Part shown: one piece after another, positions 9,380 through 18,021 of the stretch
Layout: each line of letters opens with the position of its first letter
How positions within the stretch are numbered: position 1 is the first letter of the stretch
Source: Candidatus Lustribacter sp.
GTDB lineage: Bacteria; Vulcanimicrobiota; Vulcanimicrobiia; Vulcanimicrobiales; Vulcanimicrobiaceae
Length of the DNA: 64,000 nt
Assembly: GCA_965277805.1 (NCBI GenBank)
Contig: OZ255842.1
Location: 672,001 to 736,000 of the forward strand
Direction: 5' to 3'
Made by a program: the position numbers and the translations under genes
The notes under the pieces: generated by a model
Databases searched by the model: none
What the model was told of the DNA's origin: nothing
The model's input: the letters and a program-made list of their open reading frames with translations, nothing else

Positions 9380-10018
9380 ATGTACGCGGAACTGATGGTC
9401 GATCGCCCGGTTGCCGACTTGCTCGGCGATTGGGACATCCTGGACGATCTGGTGAGTAAGAAGTTCTCGCGGTTCAAGCGTGTCGGCGACGGCATTCTGG
9501 GCATCCGGCGGCGCATGCTCGAGGGCAATCAGGTCGTCGATCCGGTCAAGGGCGTTTTGCCGATGTCGCTCGAGCTCGGCCCCAACGGCATCCACGCCGT
9601 CGGGCACGACATCCTGACGCTGCGCATGACCACCGGCGGCACGCCGCATCGCGTGCCGCACAACTTCGGCTTCTGGCATATCAACGATATGGACGAGCTC
9701 TACCTCACGCTGCCCTCGCCGCGGCCGGGCGATCCGGCCTACATGATCGTGATCATGCAGCATCCCGAAGGTGCCGAGGGCGAGAGCTTCGCGGAGTACT
9801 GCGAGAAGTGCCTGACGCTGATGTTCGAGCGGCACTACAACACCGGCCGGCTGGGTTTCGAAGGCTTCTTCAAAGCCAACGATGAGGCGATCATCGAGTA
9901 CAATTCCGATCCGAAGTTCCGTACGTGTCCGCAGTGCGGCCATCTCAATCCGTTGGGTTACACGTGGAATCCGGGCCGCGATACGCCCGAGACGGCCGCC
10001 GCGCGCCTGCAGTGGTGA
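9380..10018 (+). CDS. Uncharacterised protein distantly related to 3-hydroxyanthranilate 3,4-dioxygenase (copy A)
   Basis: GGTPHR...WHINDMDELY (H-x5-E) and YCEKC...RTCPQCGH (rubredoxin-like site). Confidence 0.65.
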   Translation: MYAELMVDRPVADLLGDWDILDDLVSKKFSRFKRVGDGILGIRRRMLEGNQVVDPVKGVLPMSLELGPNGIHAVGHDILTLRMTTGGTPHRVPHNFGFWHINDMDELYLTLPSPRPGDPAYMIVIMQHPEGAEGESFAEYCEKCLTLMFERHYNTGRLGFEGFFKANDEAIIEYNSDPKFRTCPQCGHLNPLGYTWNPGRDTPETAAARLQW

Positions 10019-11208
10019 TCCGGCGGATCGCGGCATTCGCCGTCGCGGCGCTGCTGTGCGCGGTCGCTGCAGCCGGTGCCGCAACGCCGTCGTCCACGAC
10101 ACCGTTCACGATCGACGTCATCGCGTCGTCGACCGGTGCGGGTGCGTACTTCGGTCAGCAGATGGGCGACGCGGTCAAGAACTACGAACTCGCGGCCAAC
10201 GCGAGCGGCGGCATTCGCGGCGTGCCCGTGCACTTCGAGTTTCACGACGACGAATCGCAGCCCGAAATCGCCGTCCAGCTGGCTCACGAGATCCTCGCGA
10301 AGCATCCGGCGGCCTTCCTCGGCGGCAGCGTGCAAGCCACGTGCAACGCGCTCGCGGCGCTGGCGGCCGGCACCACAGTGATGTATTGCATGTCGCCGGG
10401 TCTGATTCCGGAGCCGCGCGGATACGTATTCGCATCGTCGGCTTCGCTTCAGCATCTCGTGCCGGCGCTATTTCGCTACGTGCGCACGAGCGGTCACGTG
10501 CGCGTCGGCTTGCTCGTCACGACCGACGCGACCGGCCAGCGTTCGGACAAGATGATCGACTACACGCTGCACTTGCCGGAGAACAAATCGCTGGTCGTCG
10601 CCGGCTACGAACACTTCAGCGATAGCGACATCAGCGTCGCGGCGCAGATCGCGCACATCAAAGCCAACAATCCGCAGTTCCTGTATGTGTCGGCAGCCGG
10701 CACGCCGTTTCAAACCGTGCTGCACGGTATCATGGACGGCGGGCTCGCGAACGTTCCGATCATCACCTCGGCCTCGAACATGACGGACAAGCTGCTCGCG
10801 CCGTGGGCGAAGACGCCGCCGGCGCAACTGGACTTCAACGGGACGCCGTTCTGGGGCGCTACCGATCCCGACCGCCGGTTGAAGGCCGCGATCGCGGAAT
10901 ATCATGCCGCCTACGCGCGCGCGGGAACCGCACCGACGCCCAACGACGACTACGGCTGGGATCCGGCGAAGATCACCGTCGCCGCCTTTCGCGCGCTCGG
11001 CACCGGCGCGACCGCCGCGCAGATTCACGACTACATCGAAAACTTGCACGACTTCCCCGGCATCGGCGGGCTGTACGATTTCCGCAGCGGGGATCAGCAC
11101 GGTCTCGGCGACGATGCCACGGTGATCTTGCAGTGGGATCCGGCGAAGATGATCTTTTATCCGGTGAGCGGCCCGGCGGGCGTCGCGAGTCCCAAGCGAG
11201 GTAACTGA
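10015..11208 (+). CDS. ABC substrate-binding protein, LivJ/branched-chain class
   Basis: GTGA overlap, signal peptide, NASGGIRG, DDESQP and YDFRSGDQHGL. Confidence 0.88.
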   Translation: MIRRIAAFAVAALLCAVAAAGAATPSSTTPFTIDVIASSTGAGAYFGQQMGDAVKNYELAANASGGIRGVPVHFEFHDDESQPEIAVQLAHEILAKHPAAFLGGSVQATCNALAALAAGTTVMYCMSPGLIPEPRGYVFASSASLQHLVPALFRYVRTSGHVRVGLLVTTDATGQRSDKMIDYTLHLPENKSLVVAGYEHFSDSDISVAAQIAHIKANNPQFLYVSAAGTPFQTVLHGIMDGGLANVPIITSASNMTDKLLAPWAKTPPAQLDFNGTPFWGATDPDRRLKAAIAEYHAAYARAGTAPTPNDDYGWDPAKITVAAFRALGTGATAAQIHDYIENLHDFPGIGGLYDFRSGDQHGLGDDATVILQWDPAKMIFYPVSGPAGVASPKRGN

Positions 11209-11209
11209 G

Positions 11210-11794
11210 ATGACCACGAAATCGGAACCGGTCACGAACCACCGGATTCCCCTCGTCGGACCGGAAGCGCCGGACCGCGCATGGCAAGAAGCCAGCCGCA
11301 ACTATATCTGGTCGGCGCGGCATCCACGCGGCGCGTCGCGCTACGGCATCGTCGAGCTGTTGCCAGAAGGCGTCGTGCGTTTGCCCGATCGCGGACGGAT
11401 GTTCCACGTCATCCCGGCCGGTCGCGCGTTTCGCATCGAACACGGCTTCGGCTTCTGGCGCACGTGCGGCGCGGACGCGCTCTACATCGCGAGCGACTAC
11501 GACGAGGGTGTCGCGTACATGATGGTGATCAGCACCGCGCCCGAGTCGTATTCGACCGACACGCTGCACTGGACGTGCCCCGGCTGTGGCGCCGCGCTGC
11601 ATTCGGTCGACGTCCCGACCCGGCGCATTCACCTGACCGGCTTGAACGAACGCGCGCTCGCCGCGGTACGCGCCTTCAACGCCGATACTGCGTTGCGTAC
11701 GTGCGCGAAGTGCGCCGCGGTGCACCCGCCTGCCTACGGCTTCGAACCCGGCGACGACAATGATGAGGAGCGCAGTGCCCGTGCAGGCTGGTAA
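11210..11794 (+). CDS. HAO-related protein (copy C) lacking the H-x5-E metal motif
   Basis: HGFGFW aligns with HNFGFW of copy A. Contains WTCPGC...RTCAKC and ends in ARAGW. Confidence 0.6.
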   Translation: MTTKSEPVTNHRIPLVGPEAPDRAWQEASRNYIWSARHPRGASRYGIVELLPEGVVRLPDRGRMFHVIPAGRAFRIEHGFGFWRTCGADALYIASDYDEGVAYMMVISTAPESYSTDTLHWTCPGCGAALHSVDVPTRRIHLTGLNERALAAVRAFNADTALRTCAKCAAVHPPAYGFEPGDDNDEERSARAGW

Positions 11795-11795
11795 C

Positions 11796-12449
11796 ATGTA
11801 CTACGCTGAGATCACCGTCCCCGAGCGCATCGACGCGCTGCTCGACGATTGGGATTTGCTCGACGATCGCGTGATCAAGAAGTTCACCACGTTCAAGGAT
11901 GTCGGCGAGAACGTCGTCGGCGTGCGGCGGCGGATGGTGACGAAAGATCCCGTCACGGTCCTCGATCCGGCCAAGGGGCTGTTGCCGGAATCGGTCGAGA
12001 TCGGACCCTCCGGCCTGATCACGCAGACGCACGAGATCCTCTCGCTGCGCATCACGGTCGGCGGCGCGCCGCATCGCGTACCGCACAGCATGGGCTTCTG
12101 GCACATCAACGACGTCGACGAACTCTATCTGACGTTGCCGCCGCCCGCGCCCGGCGAACCGGCGTATTTTCTCGTCATCATGGGCAACCCCATGCCGTCT
12201 AGCAACGAAGGCGAAAGCTGGGCGCAATACTGCCAAGAATGCCTGACGATGCTGCACGAGCACTACTACAAGACCGCGCAGTTGGGAATGGACGGCCATT
12301 GGCGCGCCAACCTCGCCGCGATTCGCGAATACAACAGCGATGTGAAGTTCCGCACGTGTCCCGAGTGCGGTCACGTGAACCCTCTGGCATACGTGTGGAA
12401 CACCACCAAGGATACGCCGGAAGAACGGTTGGCGCGCGAGCAGTGGTGA
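11796..12449 (+). CDS. HAO-related protein (copy B), close paralogue of 9380-10018
   Basis: ATG 11796 aligns with the start of copy A. Contains GGAPHRVPHSMGFWHINDVDELY and YCQEC...RTCPECGH. Confidence 0.65.
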   Translation: MYYAEITVPERIDALLDDWDLLDDRVIKKFTTFKDVGENVVGVRRRMVTKDPVTVLDPAKGLLPESVEIGPSGLITQTHEILSLRITVGGAPHRVPHSMGFWHINDVDELYLTLPPPAPGEPAYFLVIMGNPMPSSNEGESWAQYCQECLTMLHEHYYKTAQLGMDGHWRANLAAIREYNSDVKFRTCPECGHVNPLAYVWNTTKDTPEERLAREQW

Positions 12450-12542
12450 GCGCCGGCGCGCTTGCCGGAGCCTTGCCAATTCTATCAAATTCTTGCGGTC
12501 GACACGGGTGACGACTTCAATTCTCCGTAGTCAGGTTCCAGC

Positions 12543-13448
12543 ATGACGCACGCGCAGCAGAAAAATGACAGCCCGGCGGATTGGACCACGGCCATCGAGG
12601 AGCGCCGTGCGATTGCGCCTACGGCGGCCTTGCAAGGCGCGAATTTACGCGGCTTCGAGATCGAGTGGCTGCTGTTGCGGCCCTGCGTCTTCCCGGCCTC
12701 GATCGTGCGGGATCTGTCGGTCATCGCGACGCTCGGTTCGGGATTCGTCATCGAGACCGAAGCCGGCCGGCGCATCACCACCGAACACGGCGAGATCTAC
12801 TTGCTCTCGCCGTCGCTGCGCCGTCGCGCGTCGTTTCGCCAACGCGGCGAAGTCTTGCGCATCACGTACGGAAACGCGCTCGTGGGCCAAATCGCCGCGG
12901 AGATCGGCATGACCGGCGTGCTCGACGCGCTGACGTATCAGCGGCTCACCGATCCCGCGGTCTACGAGATCGTGCACATGCTGGCCGAGGAAGCGCGGCC
13001 GGGCGGTGCGCGCGCGCCGATCTATAGCGCCTCGCTCGGACTCGCCTTGCTCGGACACGTGCTGCGTGGCTGTCCGCCGGCGCAACAGCGCAATGCGGTC
13101 GTCGATGCCGGGCTCTCGCCGCAGCGTCTCGCGCGCAGCCGGCAGTATATCGAAAACCGGCTCGGCGGCGATCTGACCGTCGCCGAGATTGCCGGCGCGG
13201 TCGATATGAGCGTGTTTCACTTCGCGCGCGCGTTCAAACAGTCAACCGGGAAGACACCGCACGCCTACGTGCTCGAGCGGCGCATCGCCGCAGCCCAGAG
13301 CCTCGTGCTCAACACCACCCGCCCGCTCAACGAAATTTCGTCCGAGCTCGGCTTCAGCAATCCCAGTCACTTCAGCGCGGTCTTCGGACGCCTCACGGGC
13401 ACGTCGCCGTCGGCTTATCGTTCACACAAAGATGTAAGGAGCACATGA
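12543..13448 (+). CDS. AraC-family transcriptional regulator
   Basis: C-terminal double HTH: MSVFHFARAFKQSTG and LGFSNPSHFSAVFGRLTGTSPSAYR. Confidence 0.92.
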   Translation: MTHAQQKNDSPADWTTAIEERRAIAPTAALQGANLRGFEIEWLLLRPCVFPASIVRDLSVIATLGSGFVIETEAGRRITTEHGEIYLLSPSLRRRASFRQRGEVLRITYGNALVGQIAAEIGMTGVLDALTYQRLTDPAVYEIVHMLAEEARPGGARAPIYSASLGLALLGHVLRGCPPAQQRNAVVDAGLSPQRLARSRQYIENRLGGDLTVAEIAGAVDMSVFHFARAFKQSTGKTPHAYVLERRIAAAQSLVLNTTRPLNEISSELGFSNPSHFSAVFGRLTGTSPSAYRSHKDVRST

Positions 13449-14695
13449 CCGCATCATCTCAAGATCTTCAGGGCTCGCCGGACGAGAAGTGGGACCCCGC
13501 GTGGAGCAACGCGGTATTCTCGCTAGCCGAGCGCGACCGCCGCTGGGCGAAGGTACGGGCGCTGATGAAGCGCGACGGCATCGATTTGCTCGTGTGCATG
13601 CCGTGCACGAATTCGCACGACCGCGGCGCCGCCGACGCGCGCTACCTCACGCAACTTGGAGAGAACAGCGACGAACAATCGGTCGCGTTCCCGATCGAAG
13701 GCGACGTGCGGGCCTGGCACAGCCGGCCCGGCGTGTGGCCGTCCTCGAACTGGTTCTCGGATATCCGTTCGGCCGGCCGCGGCACGGGCGGTGCGACGAT
13801 TAGCAGCTACATCAACGAATTTCCGCAGTACAAGAAGGCGCGCATCGCGATCGCCGGGCTCACCTCCACGCCGATGACGCACTGCCGCGCGGCCGAGGGC
13901 GAGATCAATTGGCAGTCGGTGGAGATCCTCAAGAGCAATTTCCCGCAAGCCGAGTTCGTGAGCGCGTCGACCGTGCTCGGCGAAGCGCGCTGGGTCAAGA
14001 GCGATGAAGAGATCGAATTCCTGCGCAAAGGCGTCGAGATCGCCGAGCTGACGCTCGATGCGATCCGCGAAACCGCGCGCGAGGGCGTTCCGGAACGCGA
14101 TGTGTTCGCCGAGATGATGAAGGTCAATGCGAAGGCCGGCGGCAGCTTCACACCGATGTTCGGCTGGATCACGGGACCGCAGGGCCGGCCATACCACCGC
14201 CTCGAGCAGCCGTCGTTCCGCAAATTTCAGGACAAAGATATGCTCAGCGTGGAGATCGAGGGCCGGTGGGGCGGTTACATCGCGCAGATCGATCAGTCGG
14301 CAGTGATCAACGCGCCGATCGACGGCCTCGACGATGCGATGAAGCTGGCGTATGAAGCCTACGACCGCACGTTGGAATTACTCAAACCGGGCGTGACGAT
14401 GGGCGAACTGGCCGACACCGCGGTGATGACGGCGCTCGGCGGCCGGCTGCGTGCGGGTCTCGGCTTCCACGGCCGCGGCACCGGGGATGACGGTCCGCTC
14501 TTGATCGCAGGCGTGCCGCTGAAGCCGGAGATTCGCGATCTGGCGCTCGTTGAGAACTGCTGCTTTGCCGTGAAGCCGAGCGTGCATTTCGACGGCGTTG
14601 CCGAGTATTGCCGTTGGGGTGATTCGGCGGTCGTGGGCAAGAACGGCGGCGTGCGCCTCGGCACGCGCCCGCAAGAACTGATCGTCCTGAAGTGA
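13445..14695 (+). CDS. M24 (creatinase-like) hydrolase with degenerate metal ligands
   Basis: FSLAERDRRW, RWVKSDEEI, FHGRG, FAVKP and RWGDSAVV. Paralogue of 755-2032. Confidence 0.8.
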   Translation: MTASSQDLQGSPDEKWDPAWSNAVFSLAERDRRWAKVRALMKRDGIDLLVCMPCTNSHDRGAADARYLTQLGENSDEQSVAFPIEGDVRAWHSRPGVWPSSNWFSDIRSAGRGTGGATISSYINEFPQYKKARIAIAGLTSTPMTHCRAAEGEINWQSVEILKSNFPQAEFVSASTVLGEARWVKSDEEIEFLRKGVEIAELTLDAIRETAREGVPERDVFAEMMKVNAKAGGSFTPMFGWITGPQGRPYHRLEQPSFRKFQDKDMLSVEIEGRWGGYIAQIDQSAVINAPIDGLDDAMKLAYEAYDRTLELLKPGVTMGELADTAVMTALGGRLRAGLGFHGRGTGDDGPLLIAGVPLKPEIRDLALVENCCFAVKPSVHFDGVAEYCRWGDSAVVGKNGGVRLGTRPQELIVLK

Positions 14696-14703
14696 GGCAT
14701 ACG

Positions 14704-15891
14704 ATGAGCCGTGCATTCAAGTTTGCGTGCGCGACGCTGGTGGCCGCGCTCATCGGCGGCGCGACGCTGCCGGCGAGCGCGCAACCGGCGCCCTACACGT
14801 TCGAAGTCATTCTCCCGATGACCGGGCAGGCGGCGTTTTCGGGCCAAGCCGAAAGCCAGACGCTCTCTGCGTTCGAGAAGTACGTCAACGCCAACGGCGG
14901 CGTGCGCGGCGGCCCGATCCATTTCGACATCAAAGACGATCAGACGAGCCCCCAAGTCGCGCTGCAACTGACCAACGCGCTGGTCGCGCAGCGCGTGCCG
15001 GTGATCTTCGGCTCGGCCGTGGTGGCGACGTGCGCCTCGATCGGCGCCGCGGTGTCGGCAACGGGTCCGGTGCAGTTCTGCTTTTCGCCCGGCTATTCTC
15101 CGCCGAAGGATTCCTATTCGTTTGCAACCGGCGCAACGATCCTGGCGCTGACGAAGACGATTCTGACGTACGCGAAGCTGCGCGGCTTTCACCGTATCGC
15201 GTTCCTCGGCTCGACCGACGCGACCGGTATCGCATCGGCTGCGGTCAACGCCGAACTGTTCGCATCACCCGATCTGCGTGGCATCCAGCTGGTCGCCGAC
15301 GAGCGCGTCAGCACGGGTGACGTCTCCGCTGCCGCGCAGATGGCGAAAATCAAGGCCGCGAAGCCGGACGCCCTGTGGACATCGACCAGCGGCACCGTGT
15401 TCGGCACCGTGATCCACGCGATGTCCGACGTCGGGCTCGACGTGCCGGTGCTCACGACCACCGCCAATGCCAGCGCCGCGCAGCTCAAACCGATGGCCGC
15501 GCTACTGCCGCACGAACTCTACTTCAACGGCGTGCCCTTCCAGCTCGGCGATTTGCTCAAGGATGCCGACGTTCGCAAACAAGGCCGGACGTTCGCCGAC
15601 GCTTTCAAGCTGATCGGCGTCGAGCCGACGCCGCTGCACACGCTCTCGTGGGATTCGCTGCTGATCACGGTCGCGGCGCTGCGTCAATTCGGCCCGTCGA
15701 TGACCGCCGACCAGCTGAAAACCTACACGCTGGGGCTACGCCACTTCCCGGCACTGAACGGCAACTACAATTTCTCATCCGGCGATCAGCACGGCCTCGA
15801 TTCCAACGCGGTCGTCATCGTCGGGTGGGACCGTGACAAACAAGACTTCTTCCCCGCCAGCCAACTCGGAGGCATCCCGATCAAACGATAA
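14704..15891 (+). CDS. ABC substrate-binding protein, LivJ class
   Basis: Signal peptide, LPMTG, NANGGVRG, DDQTSP and GDQHGL. Confidence 0.88.
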   Translation: MSRAFKFACATLVAALIGGATLPASAQPAPYTFEVILPMTGQAAFSGQAESQTLSAFEKYVNANGGVRGGPIHFDIKDDQTSPQVALQLTNALVAQRVPVIFGSAVVATCASIGAAVSATGPVQFCFSPGYSPPKDSYSFATGATILALTKTILTYAKLRGFHRIAFLGSTDATGIASAAVNAELFASPDLRGIQLVADERVSTGDVSAAAQMAKIKAAKPDALWTSTSGTVFGTVIHAMSDVGLDVPVLTTTANASAAQLKPMAALLPHELYFNGVPFQLGDLLKDADVRKQGRTFADAFKLIGVEPTPLHTLSWDSLLITVAALRQFGPSMTADQLKTYTLGLRHFPALNGNYNFSSGDQHGLDSNAVVIVGWDRDKQDFFPASQLGGIPIKR

Positions 15892-15923
15892 GCAACGGAA
15901 GAAGTAGTGTTGTTGTTGCGGTT

Positions 15924-16057
15924 TCATTCCGAGCGGAGCGCGTAGCGCGTAGATGAGGAATGCGCCACAACCGAAGTTATCGAGTGCGGTCGCACTCGAT
16001 CGCCCGGAGTTTCTCTCGTTCCTCGTCTACGTGCCTTCGGCACTTCGCTCGGAATGA
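15924..16057. repeat. REP-like nested inverted repeat between convergent genes
   Basis: Arms TCATTCCGAGCG...GAGGAA (15924-15960) and TTCCTC...CGCTCGGAATGA (16019-16057). Central perfect stem ATCGAGTGCG-GT-CGCACTCGAT (15979-16000). Confidence 0.8.
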
Positions 16058-16074
16058 CGGCGGTTTATCGCGTG

Positions 16075-17058
16075 CTACTGGGATGCTTTCCAGCGGCTCG
16101 AGCGCAACTCGGCCTCGGCTGCGCGGAGCGGGTCGAAGTCGTAAATCGCGCCGGCCGGCGGCACCGCGTCACGCGGCATCGACATGATGACCGCGCGCAC
16201 GTCGAGATCGCCCCGGATATCATCGTTCGATACCATCAAGTCGGGACTCAGCCCGGCAATGAACGCATCGTAGTCGGCTGACTCGATCGCGGCATTCGAT
16301 GAAGGCAGCAGCTTCAACATCATCGCGATCGTCTGCTGTTTGTAGGCCCGCACGTAGGCCATGCCCTTGAGAATTGCGCGCAGCATCTTGTGCAGCAGCT
16401 CGGGACGATCGGTGACCGTCTTTTCCGAAACGGCGAGGCCGTCGATCGGAAGGTGGATGTTCTTGTAGTCCATCACGAGATGGGCTTTGCTCAGTTCGCC
16501 CGTGATGCGCAGCTGCGTCACGTCGGTCGAGGCGAGGACGAAGGCCGGCGTGAGGCCCGACATCGCGCTCGCGCCGTTCGCGGTGCCGAGCGGCGTGTAG
16601 CCGACGGAGTCGGGAGGAATGCCCGCGTGCTGCAGCGCGATGCGCGTCGCCACCTCGCCGGCGTCACCGCGCGTTTCGATACCGATCTGTTTGCCTTTCA
16701 CGTCGGCGAGCGTGCGGATTTCGGGGCGCGTCGACCAGAGCGAGTAGAGCCCGCGGTTCTGCAGCACGAGGACGATGCGCATCGCGCCGCCGCGCATGAT
16801 CGCGGCCAGGGCGCTGGCGCTCGAGGCACTTGCATCGATGCTGCCCGAAAGCAAGGCCGGCGTCGCAACGCCGCCGTTCGCGAGCGTGTACTTGAAATCG
16901 AGGCCTTCCTCGGCGAAGTAGCCTTTCTGCCACGCGACGAGATACGGCGACTCGAACATCTGGATCGAGGGCATCGTGAACGTCAGCGTTTGCCCGGCGG
17001 CGGCCGGCGACGCGCAAGCAATCCACACCGCCGCGAGTGCGAGCGCGATGCGCCGCAA
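16075..17058 (-). CDS. ABC substrate-binding protein, NMT1/SsuA class
   Basis: TTG start, signal peptide, KGYFAEEGLD and DVKGKQIG. Confidence 0.88.
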   Translation of the reverse strand: MRRIALALAAVWIACASPAAAGQTLTFTMPSIQMFESPYLVAWQKGYFAEEGLDFKYTLANGGVATPALLSGSIDASASSASALAAIMRGGAMRIVLVLQNRGLYSLWSTRPEIRTLADVKGKQIGIETRGDAGEVATRIALQHAGIPPDSVGYTPLGTANGASAMSGLTPAFVLASTDVTQLRITGELSKAHLVMDYKNIHLPIDGLAVSEKTVTDRPELLHKMLRAILKGMAYVRAYKQQTIAMMLKLLPSSNAAIESADYDAFIAGLSPDLMVSNDDIRGDLDVRAVIMSMPRDAVPPAGAIYDFDPLRAAEAELRSSRWKASQ

Positions 17059-17061
17059 GAG

Positions 17062-18021
17062 TTAGATTTTCACCGGCGTGAAGCGGGTGGTATAGAGCGT
17101 TTTCGGATCGGGCACGCTATCCATGATGCCGAGCTCCTTGAGCGACGATGCGACCGCCGCGACGGACTGGGTGTCGAAGGCGCCGTTGTTCGAGAGCCCG
17201 GGCAGTTCCTCATCATAGAGCCGCGCGGCGACGGCGGGCGATTGGTGCAGCGCAGCGACGGCGCTCGCGACCGTTTCGGGCTTGTGCGACCTCGCGTAGG
17301 CCACCGTCATGAACCAGCCGCGCAGAAAACGCTGGACGATGTCGGGGTGGTTGGCGATCATGCTGTCGCTCGCGAAAACGGCGTGCGTGATGAAGTGCTT
17401 GATCAATCCGAACGACATCAGCACGTGGCCTTCGTGCGTTTCTTCCACGCGATAGCCGACGCTCAGGTCGGCGACGGCGCCGGCCGTTTGGCCCGCGTTC
17501 ATCGCGATGATGCGCGGTTCGATCGCGCCCATCTCGAGCGAATTGATGCCGTCATTGCCCCAGCCTTGCTCGCGCGAGGTCTCGTGCACGAGCCAATCCG
17601 TCAGCGAGCCGGCCGAGGAGACGGTGATCGTCTTGCCCTTGAGATCGCGCGGCGTCTTGATCGTGCTGTTTTGCGCGACGATCACGCACATGTTCGACGG
17701 CGATCCGTACATCTCGGCCACGGCCATCGCCGGAATGCCTTTGGAGCGATAGCCCATCGCGGGGCCCGATCCCAGGGCGAAGTCGAGTTCGCCGGCCACG
17801 AACGCCTGTTGCTGCTGCGCGTCGGACTTGAACGCCGACATCACCGGGTTCAGGTTGACGCGGTCCCAAATGTGCGCGCTCGAGCCGAGATCGAGCAGCG
17901 CGAACAGGAACGAATCCGGGCTCGCGCGTCCGACGCGGATCGTGTCGGGCGCGGCGGCACGGGCCGGAATCGCCGAGACGAGAACGAGCAACGCGCTCAG
18001 AACTGCCGCGACGAGCCGCAT
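17062..18021 (-). CDS. ABC substrate-binding protein, NMT1/SsuA class
   Basis: Signal peptide, DLKGKTITVSSAGS and HPDIVQRFLRG. Confidence 0.88.
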   Translation of the reverse strand: MRLVAAVLSALLVLVSAIPARAAAPDTIRVGRASPDSFLFALLDLGSSAHIWDRVNLNPVMSAFKSDAQQQQAFVAGELDFALGSGPAMGYRSKGIPAMAVAEMYGSPSNMCVIVAQNSTIKTPRDLKGKTITVSSAGSLTDWLVHETSREQGWGNDGINSLEMGAIEPRIIAMNAGQTAGAVADLSVGYRVEETHEGHVLMSFGLIKHFITHAVFASDSMIANHPDIVQRFLRGWFMTVAYARSHKPETVASAVAALHQSPAVAARLYDEELPGLSNNGAFDTQSVAAVASSLKELGIMDSVPDPKTLYTTRFTPVKI

